Positions 39,879 through 49,920 are shown, numbered from the stretch's first letter. The stretch is 64,000 nt of DNA from Minisyncoccota bacterium (GCA_041666225.1 JBAYHJ010000003.1:17116-81115); one strand, 5' to 3'. Notes: generated from the letters alone by a model not told the origin. A program made the numbers and translations.

Positions 39879-40394
39879 TTAATTAGTTTTATTATTGAGA
39901 AAATCTTCGGGTGGAGCAGGAATAAATCTGATTAATTTGGCTTCGATCTGACCAGAAGAATTCGGGCTCCCAATCACAATTATATATTCATCGATTTTTA
40001 AATCCTCTTTAGTAACAATGTCTCGCATTTTACGAATTTCTGTCTTGTCATCTATTACGATTACTTTCTCAGTCTGATCCTTCCCGTCAAAAACGACAAT
40101 GGTAGGTAGTTCTACTTTAATAATCTTTCCTACGGCTCCGTGTGCATTTGGCATATTCCCAAAATCTCCAAATTCTTGCTCCATCATACGAAAAGATTTA
40201 TGAGGTGAGCCGAAATTTTTTTCATAATTATTTCCCCAGTCACGGCCAAATGATACTTTTCTGAAACCAGCAATCATGCCCGCTTGAAATATAAAAAATG
40301 CAATAACTAAAAACCCAAGAGTATATGTAATAATCTTGAAAGTTTTAGAATTTAAAAAGTTTTTTATTTTATTTTTTATTTCATTTGTATTCAT
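39879..40394 (-). CDS. Membrane-anchored hypothetical protein (OB-like, DUF5666-like)
   Basis: Single TM; GKII..IVIGSPNSSGQIEAKLIR. Confidence 0.6.
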   Translation of the reverse strand: MNTNEIKNKIKNFLNSKTFKIITYTLGFLVIAFFIFQAGMIAGFRKVSFGRDWGNNYEKNFGSPHKSFRMMEQEFGDFGNMPNAHGAVGKIIKVELPTIVVFDGKDQTEKVIVIDDKTEIRKMRDIVTKEDLKIDEYIIVIGSPNSSGQIEAKLIRFIPAPPEDFLNNKTN

Positions 40395-40399
40395 ATTTT

Positions 40400-40798
40400 T
40401 TAAGCTATTGATAATTTATTTTTAAATTGATAAGAGGCTCGTCTTATTGAAATAAATAAAACGAATAATAAGAAAAAAGAAAGAGCTAGACTTGCCACTG
40501 GTAGTGAATCTGCAAGTGAAAGTGTATACTCTTTCCAATATGTCGCGATAACACCACTATCTGAAAATGCCAGAGAGAAATAATCAAAAAATCCTAATCT
40601 TATTAATTCTCCAATCAGACTCTTGATAGAAAAAACACTCCCAGATAGTGACAATACGCTTAAGCTCAAATAACCAAATTTTTTCCGTTTGGTTATTTGA
40701 GCTTTCTTTACTTCAATAGCAGTCCAAACATCACCCGAAAGTCGACTCTCTGGATGATATGCTGCTTGTTTGAATAATTTTTGTAAATTCTGTTCCAC
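40400..40798 (-). CDS. Putative anti-sigma membrane protein
   Basis: Directly downstream of ECF sigma; TMs; GTG 40798 follows an ECF-type promoter. Confidence 0.55.
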   Translation of the reverse strand: MEQNLQKLFKQAAYHPESRLSGDVWTAIEVKKAQITKRKKFGYLSLSVLSLSGSVFSIKSLIGELIRLGFFDYFSLAFSDSGVIATYWKEYTLSLADSLPVASLALSFFLLFVLFISIRRASYQFKNKLSIA

Positions 40799-40806
40799 AT
40801 TTATAT

Positions 40807-40832
40807 ATACGAACAACTTCCCCTTTTGGTGC
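40807..40832 (-). promoter_or_regulatory. Putative ECF promoter TGCACC-N16-CGTA
   Basis: Minus strand TGCACC aaaaggggaagttgtt CGTA just before the GTG start. Confidence 0.55.
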
Positions 40833-40869
40833 AAAAAATAAGGTTCGAACATTATAAAAAAGTGAGATA

Positions 40870-41418
40870 TTATTTGAGCATTTCTCTTAATATAGTTAAT
40901 GCTCTGTGGTGGTGACTTTTTACTGTATTTAAGGGTTTACCAAGAAGTTCCCCTATTTCTTTAAAAGTCATATCTTCTTGATAATAAAGAACAAGGACTT
41001 CTTTATAATTGGTAGGAATTTCGTCTAAAAGTTTATTTAAAAATTCTTTGTCTTCTAATTTAATTAGAGCTTCATCAGGTAGGACTACATCATCCTCTAT
41101 ATTATCGGCAAAACTTTCTTCTTCTTTATCTAAGGCTGAAAAGTTTATCATTTTTTTCTTTCTCAAATAATCAGTGACGGTATTGCGAGCTATTGTAAAA
41201 ATCCAAGTTTTAAAACTCGCTTTGTTGTAATCGAATTTTTTAATATTTTTCCAGACTTTTATAAAAACATCTTGGACAATATCATTGGCATAATCAACAC
41301 CAACAAAACGTGCAGAAAAATTAAAAATTGATGGTGTATATTTATATACCAACTCTTTAAAAACCTCTTCATTACCAAGTAGGTATTCCTTTATTTTTAA
41401 TTCATCACTATTCTCCAT
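40870..41418 (-). CDS. ECF RNA polymerase sigma factor
   Basis: DIVQDVFIKVW, FKTWIFTIARN, region 4 EIGELLGKPLNTVKS. Confidence 0.93.
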   Translation of the reverse strand: MENSDELKIKEYLLGNEEVFKELVYKYTPSIFNFSARFVGVDYANDIVQDVFIKVWKNIKKFDYNKASFKTWIFTIARNTVTDYLRKKKMINFSALDKEEESFADNIEDDVVLPDEALIKLEDKEFLNKLLDEIPTNYKEVLVLYYQEDMTFKEIGELLGKPLNTVKSHHHRALTILREMLK

Positions 41419-41460
41419 TAATACAATATACTCCTAAATCACTAATCGCGAAATTAATTA

Positions 41461-41502
41461 TTTTACATATTTTGTGTGCTATCGCTTACAGATTATGTAA
41501 AA
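41461..41502. repeat. Hairpin repeat with AAGCGATAGC loop, copy 1
   Basis: Reverse complement TTACATA..TAAGCGATAGC..AAATATGTA matches 51365-51396. Confidence 0.5.
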
Positions 41503-41504
41503 GT

Positions 41505-42125
41505 TTAGGTTTTTTTGTTGTAATCTGGGTGACTTTCTGGAATAGAAAAAATATAATTTGCATATCGAGACATTGCAAATAATACACTAGAAAGTCTATT
41601 CATATAAGAAATTGTATGGGGATTAATATTTCTAACTCCTTCTTCAGAAACTGCAATAATTCGACGCTCCCCTTTGCGGGCAAGAGTACGGGCAAAATCT
41701 AAACCTGAACTTATTAAACTTCCTCCTGAGATAGTAAAAGAAGTAATCGGTGGTAAAACTTTTCCTATTTCATTTATTATTTTTTCAATTTTAAGTAATT
41801 CTTTTTTTGGAACAAACATTTTTGATCCACCAAGTTCTGCTTGAATAACAAAAAGATTTTGCTGAATTTCCTCTATAAGACTGCTATATGAAAATTTCCT
41901 TGAGCCAACTTTTAAAATTACTTTATCAATATCGGCGTATACTTTTATAATTCCTAAATATGCATTTAATTCATCAATAGAACCCAGTGCTTCAATAAGG
42001 GCAGCGCTTTTAGAAATTCTAGTTTGCTTACAATCAAAAAGAGTAGTTGTACCATTGTCTCCAAAACCTGTATATAAGATATTTTTATCTTTTTTAAGAT
42101 GATTTTGTATCTTCTTCATAAACAA
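41505..42125 (-). CDS. PduO-type cob(I)alamin adenosyltransferase
   Basis: YTGFGDNGTT, GSIDELNA, ARTLARKGER, YMNRLS. Confidence 0.85.
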   Translation of the reverse strand: MFMKKIQNHLKKDKNILYTGFGDNGTTTLFDCKQTRISKSAALIEALGSIDELNAYLGIIKVYADIDKVILKVGSRKFSYSSLIEEIQQNLFVIQAELGGSKMFVPKKELLKIEKIINEIGKVLPPITSFTISGGSLISSGLDFARTLARKGERRIIAVSEEGVRNINPHTISYMNRLSSVLFAMSRYANYIFSIPESHPDYNKKT

Positions 42126-42239
42126 AGTATATCATGGTTTAAATCGAAACAAAAAGTGAAGCATTGACGAAATTTATTAAAGTAGTATTATATTCATTAA
42201 TCTAATTCATTTAATTTTTGAACCTTTAAAACCAGTTCT

Positions 42240-42602
42240 ATGTCTACAAAATCTGCGTTTTTGTTTATTTCAAACCAACAATTTCAGAACAGAAATGATT
42301 GGGAAGCCCACAAAAAAAATGTAACCGGTAAGTTTAAAGACAGGGCGGTACATGCTCACCACCACAAGATGGATTCAGCAAAAAATTTCGCTGAAATCTC
42401 ACAGTATGAAGAGATAATAGTTGTATTTGATGAATGCCCTCATGCCACAATAAAAACCAGAAAAACCAAAATCGAAAGAAGTGCACCTGGAAAAACGATT
42501 TTATTTTATTCAAAAAATTCCGACAGCAATCATGCCGTGAAAGGAGTAACCCAAATAAATGGGATTCACGAACTACTCCCTGTGCCTGGACAAATGCAAT
42601 AG
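42240..42602 (+). CDS. Hypothetical protein
   Basis: ORF with own upstream TTGACG/TATATT-like promoter and downstream terminator. Confidence 0.55.
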   Translation: MSTKSAFLFISNQQFQNRNDWEAHKKNVTGKFKDRAVHAHHHKMDSAKNFAEISQYEEIIVVFDECPHATIKTRKTKIERSAPGKTILFYSKNSDSNHAVKGVTQINGIHELLPVPGQMQ

Positions 42603-42622
42603 AACAGTAGAACAAAATTACA

Positions 42623-42652
42623 AAAAGGAGCTGTGTTAAAACAGCTCCTTTT
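42623..42652. terminator. Bidirectional terminator
   Basis: AAAAGGAGCTGT-GTTAAA-ACAGCTCCTTTT. Confidence 0.75.
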
Positions 42653-43792
42653 CTATTTATAATAACTCCCCACGGCTTCGTTTACATTTTTATACCCATC
42701 TTTTTTTAAAAGTTCTGCAAGCTCTTTATTTATCTTCCCTATCACACTTGGACCTTCATATATCATCCCTGTAATCAGCTGTATAAGAGTGGCACCCCTT
42801 TTTATTTTTTCATAAGCATCATCTCCATTAAAAACTCCTCCGCAACCAATGACGATAAATCTATGCCCATATTTTTTATAAACTTCACTGATCAAATTAT
42901 TTGTAATTTTCTCTGTTGGCTTACCACTAAAGTTTCCTCGTCCTGCATTTTCGATTTCTTCTTTATTGAATGCTGGATTCTTTCTATCTTTAACTAAATT
43001 TGAAAAAATAAAACCTGAAACGTATTCATATTTTGTCGCAACCTCACAAAGAGCTAAAGTATCATCGACACTTTTTTCTAAATACATTTTTATAAACAAA
43101 GGTCTGTTTATCTGAAGTTTTTCTAATTTAGAAAGTAGAAAGTTTAAACCATTTGGAGTATCAAATTTTTCAGGTAAATTTTCAGTATTAATTAAATTTG
43201 GGCAACTTATATTTAATTCAAAATAAGTGAAATAATCTTCCTTCAAAACTCTTTGAAATGAAACAATAATATCCCCTGCCATCTCTTCAATGTCTTTGTA
43301 ATTCTTATTTGTTGAACCAATACTAATTCCAAGTGGAATTTTATTCCCGCCTTTTCGGCGGATCGCCGATGAGGCAACTTTTTTAACTTTTTCTAAAACT
43401 TTATTTATTCCTTCACTCTTAAAACCCTTGTTCACAAGTAGTGATTTTGATTTCGGAAGTCTACCAAGCATCGGTCTTTGATTACCTACATAGGGTAAAT
43501 TTGTAACTGTCCCGATCGTGTGAAAACCGAAACCAACCGAAGGCAATATATCAATCAAATCCGCATCATAATCAAAACCAGCAGCGAGACCTATTGGATT
43601 TTCAAAATAAATTTCTGAAAAATTTTGTGATAGTGATTTATTTTTATAAGAAAATATTTTTGAGGTTAAAATTTTTGTAAATGAAAATCTACCAAGAAAA
43701 TTTCCTGTTTTAAGAAAAAAAGTATGAACATCGTCCGCGGGAAAAAGAAAAAGCGTTGGCTTGATAATTTTTCTATATATTAATCCGATCAT
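42653..43792 (-). CDS. pyrD: Dihydroorotate dehydrogenase (class 2-like architecture)
   Basis: NPIGLAAGFD, GTVT, NISCPN, IGCGGV, QLITGMIYEGP. Confidence 0.9.
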   Translation of the reverse strand: MIGLIYRKIIKPTLFLFPADDVHTFFLKTGNFLGRFSFTKILTSKIFSYKNKSLSQNFSEIYFENPIGLAAGFDYDADLIDILPSVGFGFHTIGTVTNLPYVGNQRPMLGRLPKSKSLLVNKGFKSEGINKVLEKVKKVASSAIRRKGGNKIPLGISIGSTNKNYKDIEEMAGDIIVSFQRVLKEDYFTYFELNISCPNLINTENLPEKFDTPNGLNFLLSKLEKLQINRPLFIKMYLEKSVDDTLALCEVATKYEYVSGFIFSNLVKDRKNPAFNKEEIENAGRGNFSGKPTEKITNNLISEVYKKYGHRFIVIGCGGVFNGDDAYEKIKRGATLIQLITGMIYEGPSVIGKINKELAELLKKDGYKNVNEAVGSYYK

Positions 43793-43796
43793 TTTA

Positions 43797-44192
43797 TTAT
43801 TCTGTTGTTACTCCATCGAAATCTTCGCCGTTACTCTCGGCTTCATTTTTTGTAGAACGGACAATACCATCTTTGTGATGAGCAGGAGAATAAATTGTAT
43901 AAAGTTTGAGACCTTCAAAACCAGCAATAACATTGTGCCTTGAACCTGACGGAACAATAACAGCATCACCATCTTTTACATTGTATTCTGTTTCGTTGAT
44001 TATGACCTTACCAGTTCCTTTTTCGAAACGAAAAAATTGATCATTTTCTTCGTGAGTTTCCATGCCAATTTCTTCATTTGGGTCTAGACTCATAAGTACA
44101 AGCTGGCAATGAGAACTTGTATACAAAACCTTGCGAAAATTTTCATTTTCGGTTGTTAATTTTTCTATATTATCTTTGTAACCTTTTTTCAT
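43797..44192 (-). CDS. Cupin domain protein
   Basis: EIGMETH..DQFFRFEKG..VPSGSRHNV..KLYTIYSP. Confidence 0.88.
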   Translation of the reverse strand: MKKGYKDNIEKLTTENENFRKVLYTSSHCQLVLMSLDPNEEIGMETHEENDQFFRFEKGTGKVIINETEYNVKDGDAVIVPSGSRHNVIAGFEGLKLYTIYSPAHHKDGIVRSTKNEAESNGEDFDGVTTE

Positions 44193-44204
44193 ATATTTTT
44201 AAGG

Positions 44205-44314
44205 CGAAACAAATTATTTTACGAAAAAATGTCTGATTTAGAAGAATCACCTACTGGGTGGCTCCTCGTCCTCTTCCACTCAGACTTTTTTGTTATTATA
44301 ATTTGTGTAGCTTT
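44205..44314 (-). repeat. Dispersed structured element, copy 2 (cupin leader)
   Basis: Matches 23775-23861 at both ends and core. Confidence 0.7.
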
Positions 44315-44337
44315 CATTAATTAATAATATTTCATTA

Positions 44338-45657
44338 TTATAACACTTTTAAATAAGAATCAATTATTTTATTAAATTCTTTCTCTGTGACATACCCCCC
44401 ATCAATAATCGTATCTTTTAATGTTTTTTTATTTTTAAGAGAATTATCCACAAGACTAGAAACTATATCATAACCTAAAATAGGAACAAATAGTGTCGCA
44501 TATGCTGTTGAATTTTCAAGATGATTTAAGCATTTTTCTTTATTTGCAGATAAACCGGATATGCATAATTTATCAAATAAATACAATGATTCAGTAATAA
44601 TCTTTGCTGATTCCAATAATTTATCTGCAATCACAGGGAACATCACTCCTAGCTCCATCTGAGCACCTTCTGAAGCTTTTTCAATAACTAAATTATTCCC
44701 AGACACCAAATAATACAATTGATTGATCGCCTCAGGGATAACTGGATTTATTTTGCCAGGCATTATAGATGAGCCCTTTTGCAATTCTGGTAAAACTATT
44801 TCCCCAATGCCCCCACTCGGACCCGAAGACATAAAACGGAGATCATTTGCAATTTTTGATAGCTCAACACAGAGAGAAACAAATAATTGAGAAATCATTA
44901 AAAAATCCGTTTGACTACTAGTGCTTGCCATTAGATTGTTGGTTTTTACAAAATGCTCTCCTGTAATTTTGTTGAGTTCAAGATAAACCTGCTTGATATA
45001 AGTAGGGCTTGCATTCATTGAATTCCCTATCGCTGTTCCTCCTAAATTTAAATTTAAACATAATTTTGAAATTCTTTTTATTTCATTTTGATATTTTTTT
45101 AAGTTATCAGTATATGCTTCAAATTCTCTACCTAGTGTAGTAGGGATTGCATCTTGTAGATGCGTCCTCCCGAGTTTTAAAATTTTTTTGAATTCTTTTG
45201 ATTTTAATCCTGTTGATTTAATTAACACATTGAGAGTTAGATCTAATTCTTTTATAAATACCAATGTTGAAATTTTTAATGCGGAAGGATTCACATCATT
45301 TGTTGATTGACTGCAATTCACATCGTCATTGGCATGAACTATGATTTTATTTTTTAAAATCTCTGTTGCTCGACTTGCTATTACTTCATTGATATTCATA
45401 TTAATAGCAGTTCCTGCTCCTCCTTGAAAAAAGGAAACTGTAAATTGATCTTTATGTTTATGACTTAGTATTTCATCACAGACAAAAATTATTGCGTCCT
45501 TTTTTGTTTTGTTTAAATTACCAGACTTAAAATTAGCTATTGCTGCTGCTTTTTTAATCTTAATAATTGAAAAAATTAGTTCCTCTTTTACGGGATGTGT
45601 CGAAAAAGGGAAATTTTTCAAGGCTTTTTTGGTCTCATTGCCATAGTATGTTTTCAT
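44338..45657 (-). CDS. Aspartate ammonia-lyase / class II fumarase family
   Basis: QGGAGT, SQSTND, GRTHLQDA, GSSIMPGKINP. Confidence 0.88.
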   Translation of the reverse strand: MKTYYGNETKKALKNFPFSTHPVKEELIFSIIKIKKAAAIANFKSGNLNKTKKDAIIFVCDEILSHKHKDQFTVSFFQGGAGTAINMNINEVIASRATEILKNKIIVHANDDVNCSQSTNDVNPSALKISTLVFIKELDLTLNVLIKSTGLKSKEFKKILKLGRTHLQDAIPTTLGREFEAYTDNLKKYQNEIKRISKLCLNLNLGGTAIGNSMNASPTYIKQVYLELNKITGEHFVKTNNLMASTSSQTDFLMISQLFVSLCVELSKIANDLRFMSSGPSGGIGEIVLPELQKGSSIMPGKINPVIPEAINQLYYLVSGNNLVIEKASEGAQMELGVMFPVIADKLLESAKIITESLYLFDKLCISGLSANKEKCLNHLENSTAYATLFVPILGYDIVSSLVDNSLKNKKTLKDTIIDGGYVTEKEFNKIIDSYLKVL

Positions 45658-45718
45658 AAAATATTTATATGGATTAAGTATATAAACCTAATTTTATCAC
45701 AAAATAACCTAAAAATCT

Positions 45719-46321
45719 CTATTGAAGTTTGTTTAAAATAGTTTTTCGACTAAAAGATACAATTAGTAGTATTAAAATCAAACCACCAATTAAAGCGATC
45801 TTGCCTATTGTGGTGTTTATCGATTCCCAACTATCTGCAAAAAAATAACCAATAAGAGAATAAAAGGAAACCTGAGAAATACTTCCGAGAACTTCATGTT
45901 TAAGATATTTTCTATAAGGTGTTTTGCTTATCCCAGATAAAAGATTTACTGACAACGTCGAAAGAACCTCAAAACGGCTAGCAAAAATCAAAAAACCAGG
46001 ATGTTTATTAAATCTCTCTTCGATATTTTTGAAACCTTTTGAATTTAGTATGCGACGAAAGCCAAAACGATAAAGAACTTCCCTGCCATAAATTCTAGCA
46101 ACCCAATACCCCAAATTATCTCCTAAAATATTTGCAATAATAGAAATTATTATTATCCAAAAAAGATTTAAATACCCAACACTTGCAAAACCAGAAGCAA
46201 TCATTAAAATATTCCCTGATGGAATTGGAATAATAAAAGCTGCAACAAAAGATATAATAAAAATCGTTAGATATTTATAGAGAACTAAATACGGTATTAT
46301 GTTTTGGACGATAAAATCCAT
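45719..46321 (-). CDS. DedA family membrane protein
   Basis: GDNLGYWVARIYG, SRF. Confidence 0.85.
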   Translation of the reverse strand: MDFIVQNIIPYLVLYKYLTIFIISFVAAFIIPIPSGNILMIASGFASVGYLNLFWIIIISIIANILGDNLGYWVARIYGREVLYRFGFRRILNSKGFKNIEERFNKHPGFLIFASRFEVLSTLSVNLLSGISKTPYRKYLKHEVLGSISQVSFYSLIGYFFADSWESINTTIGKIALIGGLILILLIVSFSRKTILNKLQ

Positions 46322-46436
46322 ACTTAAAATATACCATAATAATCTTTAAAAATCGTACTACTTGTAAAAACCTATAAAAAGGTTAATATACAGACTAATT
46401 CACATTAGTTCCATAAAAATCAGAAAGGAGAAAAAA

Positions 46437-46955
46437 ATGAATAAAATAGTAGCATTATTACTGAATTCATTCCTTATTCTTTTTGGAATCAATACAGCAG
46501 TACATATTTTTGAATATTTTCTTGTATTCAAAGATAGTAATCAAATGGAGAGTACTTTTTATTTTTTTTATATTAACATTATATTTAGATATTTATTAAT
46601 CTATTGGTATGACCACAGTAAAATTGATAAATTCAAAATAGAATGGTTAAAGAAAAATTTGAGTCAAATTTTTCTTGAGCAAAATAGTTTTATAAGTAAA
46701 GTTCACAAGTTAAACAAAATCAGGAACTTTATTAATAAAGTAAAATGGTTAAAATGGCTAGGAGATTTAATCTTTTTTATTGGTCTTTGTATAATTGAAC
46801 CATTGTTCGCAATACTTTTTCTACGAAAAGGAAGCTATGAATATAATGACATTCCAGACCTCCAAACATTATCATTATTTTTATTAGCTAACTTGTTTTC
46901 GGGATATACGGTTTTTTACACGTATAAAGCAATATTTATTTTGAATATTTTCTAA
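46437..46955 (+). CDS. Hypothetical membrane protein
   Basis: Multi-TM ORF, preceded by AAAGGAG. Confidence 0.55.
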   Translation: MNKIVALLLNSFLILFGINTAVHIFEYFLVFKDSNQMESTFYFFYINIIFRYLLIYWYDHSKIDKFKIEWLKKNLSQIFLEQNSFISKVHKLNKIRNFINKVKWLKWLGDLIFFIGLCIIEPLFAILFLRKGSYEYNDIPDLQTLSLFLLANLFSGYTVFYTYKAIFILNIF

Positions 46956-47002
46956 AAAGCCGGTCACACTCATAATGTGAACCGGTTTTTATTTTTATAA
47001 TA

Positions 47003-47398
47003 TTATTTATTTGTATGATGCATCCCCATTCCTCTTCCATGTCCCTCTCCATTTTGTGGTCTTTGTCCATCGCTAGTCCTTAGATTTAATTCTTTTCGAA
47101 TTGCATTTGCTTCTTTGATTTTCCCTTCATGTGCGAGTTTCCAAGCTTTCACAAATTTGGGAAAATTATCTTTATTAATAACTTCAGCAACTCTTCGATT
47201 GCCAACTTTCTCTTCAATAAGATCTTTCCACCCCTCATAATCACTATTGGTCATAACTTCAGTGATTTGGGCCTCAAAATCTGGAGTATAATTTGGTCCA
47301 TTTTTTGAAAAATCACCTTGGTAAGCAAGGGCTGTACCCGAAACACCTAATCCTAAAACTAGTGCCATCAAACCACTCATCATTAATTTATTTCTCAT
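47003..47398 (-). CDS. Secreted hypothetical protein
   Basis: Signal peptide ending ALA; Gly/His-rich tail. Confidence 0.65.
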   Translation of the reverse strand: MRNKLMMSGLMALVLGLGVSGTALAYQGDFSKNGPNYTPDFEAQITEVMTNSDYEGWKDLIEEKVGNRRVAEVINKDNFPKFVKAWKLAHEGKIKEANAIRKELNLRTSDGQRPQNGEGHGRGMGMHHTNK

Positions 47399-47509
47399 AT
47401 TTTTTATTTATCAGATTATACTCATAATATAACATGATATTTTGATTAAATTTTATAATTATAGATAACCGTCGTCACCTACATCATTAATACGCAAGGA
47501 GTTTGAGAT

Positions 47510-48217
47510 TTATCTCATTATATTATTTTTATTTCCTATCCATGGACGAACTTGTTCTACAGTAAAAATATTATTTTCATCTATATCTCCAATAATTTTA
47601 ATTGTTTCTCCAATTTTTATTTGAGCTCTGCCTCCAACAAAAGCACTATCAATATCTATAATCCAAATAATACCATTTGAATCAATAATTTGGATTAAAT
47701 TTTCCTTGATTCCGATAATTTTTCCAGAAAGTAAACCATTCTCTGGATGAGACCAGAACTCATCTTTATCAAATATAAACCCCCTATACATAGGAACATG
47801 GTCCCTTAATGATTCTTCAATTATTTTTCCAGTACCGATTATGTTAAGTGTTGATCCTGCGACGATAGTTATTACTATATATACACATACGATTGTAATA
47901 GTCCGGTGTCTATATCCTAAAAATGTTTTCCTGTAATAATAATCTCCCAAAATAGTGAAGACCGCTAAAAAGACAAACCAAAAATATGGTATGGTTTTAA
48001 CAATAAAATTTAGACCAAATTTTTGATATAGATACCAGTCATTATTAAATAAAAGTGAAATTATCACAGAAAAAGAAACAGCTCCTACAACAATAGAAAA
48101 TCCAACGAGAGACCAAAAAATAACCCTCTTTAAACTAAAGATGTTTTTAGAAATTGGCTTTATGCCACTTTCTTTAATTCTTTGTAATGCTATTTGGCTT
48201 ATATCTTTATTTTCCAT
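47510..48217 (-). CDS. Putative anti-sigma membrane protein with C-terminal OB-like domain
   Basis: Overlaps ECF sigma stop; three TMs. Confidence 0.55.
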   Translation of the reverse strand: MENKDISQIALQRIKESGIKPISKNIFSLKRVIFWSLVGFSIVVGAVSFSVIISLLFNNDWYLYQKFGLNFIVKTIPYFWFVFLAVFTILGDYYYRKTFLGYRHRTITIVCVYIVITIVAGSTLNIIGTGKIIEESLRDHVPMYRGFIFDKDEFWSHPENGLLSGKIIGIKENLIQIIDSNGIIWIIDIDSAFVGGRAQIKIGETIKIIGDIDENNIFTVEQVRPWIGNKNNIMR

Positions 48218-48779
48218 TTAATTTCTCATACTCTTCCTTAAAGAGTTTCTTACCTCTTAATATTAAATTTCCCACAGTACTTATTGGTTTTTTTAAAATA
48301 TCTGAAATTTCTACATAATCTTTTTCATCCAAAAAACGTAAAACTAAAACCTCACGATATTTCTTATCTAATTTTGAAAGAGCTTCATCTATCTTTTCTT
48401 TATCAAAAGAATTATCAATTTCTTTCTCTATATTAAAAGCATCTTCAAATCTATCGATATCTTCTTTTTCAAAAGGAATTGTAGGCCGAACTACTTTTTT
48501 TCGTATTTCACTTACGGTCTGATTGTGTGTAATACGATATATCCAAGAAGAAAATTTTAAATCCTTGTCAAACTCATTTAAATTATAATAGACCTTAACA
48601 AAAACATCTTGCAAAATATCCCCAGCATCTTCCCGACTAAGTTTAGAAATTCTCATGATGTAATACAGCAACTTACTTTCATATCTTCTAATCAAACACA
48701 AAAAATGATCTGGATTGTCGAGTGACAATTCGACCAGTTCATTATCTGTTTTGTTGATGCAATATTCATGGTTTACCAT
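48207..48779 (-). CDS. ECF RNA polymerase sigma factor
   Basis: DILQDVFVKVY, FSSWIYRITHN, EISDILKKPISTV. Confidence 0.93.
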   Translation of the reverse strand: MVNHEYCINKTDNELVELSLDNPDHFLCLIRRYESKLLYYIMRISKLSREDAGDILQDVFVKVYYNLNEFDKDLKFSSWIYRITHNQTVSEIRKKVVRPTIPFEKEDIDRFEDAFNIEKEIDNSFDKEKIDEALSKLDKKYREVLVLRFLDEKDYVEISDILKKPISTVGNLILRGKKLFKEEYEKLNGK

Positions 48780-48872
48780 TATCTATATATTATACGCACA
48801 ATTAAGTATTTTTGTCGCATTAAAACAAAATAGGCTGATAAATGCTTATTTATCAGCCTATTTCAAGATGTA

Positions 48873-49556
48873 TTATTTTACTTCTTCTTTTACAATTGTC
48901 TCTATGGAAGTTTCTTTTGGTAAATCTTTCACAACTTCAAATGGAGCAGGGCTTGCTGGTATTTGTGATTTAAATTTTACAAATTCACGATACATCATAA
49001 TCATAATCATAAACCCGACTGGATAAGTAATTATTGATCCTACAAAAAATGCAATAATTCCCAACAACATAAATAGCCCTATTAAAAAACTCTTCCAAAA
49101 TAATTTCCAACCAAAACCTTTCGTCATTCCCCAAGCTTCTTTTATACTTGCTCTCCCCCCTTGATTTTTTTCAACAGAAATATATGATGAAAAAACTAGA
49201 CGTCCTAAAACATAAAACCCTGGAATTACAAATAAAATAAATCCAGCCAAAACGCACAAAGCAAGGAGAATACTAGTTTTTATAAAATTCCAAAATTGAA
49301 CTAAAGTTGGAAGTGCTTCTTTTGAAAAAAGATTGTGTTCTTTTTTATCTAAAATACTAAAAATCAAACGTATCCATACATAGGAAAGAAAAAAAGAAAC
49401 CACAAGGACCAAAAATCCTAAGACTGGATTATCTTTCTGCCCCACAAATTGAATTGCAAAAGTTGCCAAAGTTATTATTAATAAAGTACTAAAATGCTCT
49501 TTATATAAAACCCATGCTTCTTTTATTTTTTCTCCGATTTTAAATGTAAATTCCAT
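48873..49556 (-). CDS. Integral membrane protein (DUF975-like)
   Basis: GFILFVIPG, SIKEAWGMTKG; start at ATG 49556 inferred. Confidence 0.7.
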   Translation of the reverse strand: MEFTFKIGEKIKEAWVLYKEHFSTLLIITLATFAIQFVGQKDNPVLGFLVLVVSFFLSYVWIRLIFSILDKKEHNLFSKEALPTLVQFWNFIKTSILLALCVLAGFILFVIPGFYVLGRLVFSSYISVEKNQGGRASIKEAWGMTKGFGWKLFWKSFLIGLFMLLGIIAFFVGSIITYPVGFMIMIMMYREFVKFKSQIPASPAPFEVVKDLPKETSIETIVKEEVK

Positions 49557-49677
49557 AAAAATTTTAATTAATATTAAAGTCTCTATATTATAGCATGTTG
49601 TATCAATCAAAACACCAAGACTTGCTAGACTTATAATTTAGTAGTATAATATAATAGAACCTTAAAATATATATATT

Positions 49678-49860
49678 ATGGACAGAATAAAAAAAATATT
49701 ATTCCATTCTATAATAATTACAATTATTATTTGTTATAGTTGTAATGAATTCGGCTTTGTTTTTCTTCCTATATGGGCAATAGCCCTAATTACATTTTAT
49801 GTAAGCCTTATCGTTTTTATTTTTATCGCAAGCTTACAAAAAGAAGAATCCGGTTTATAA
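49678..49860 (+). CDS. Small hypothetical membrane protein
   Basis: Two hydrophobic stretches; TATAAT upstream, hairpin downstream. Confidence 0.4.
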   Translation: MDRIKKILFHSIIITIIICYSCNEFGFVFLPIWAIALITFYVSLIVFIFIASLQKEESGL

Positions 49861-49920
49861 AAATTTGTTTTTAATAATCTAAAAAAGCCGCGTGATAAAC
49901 GTGGCTTTTCAATTGATAGT

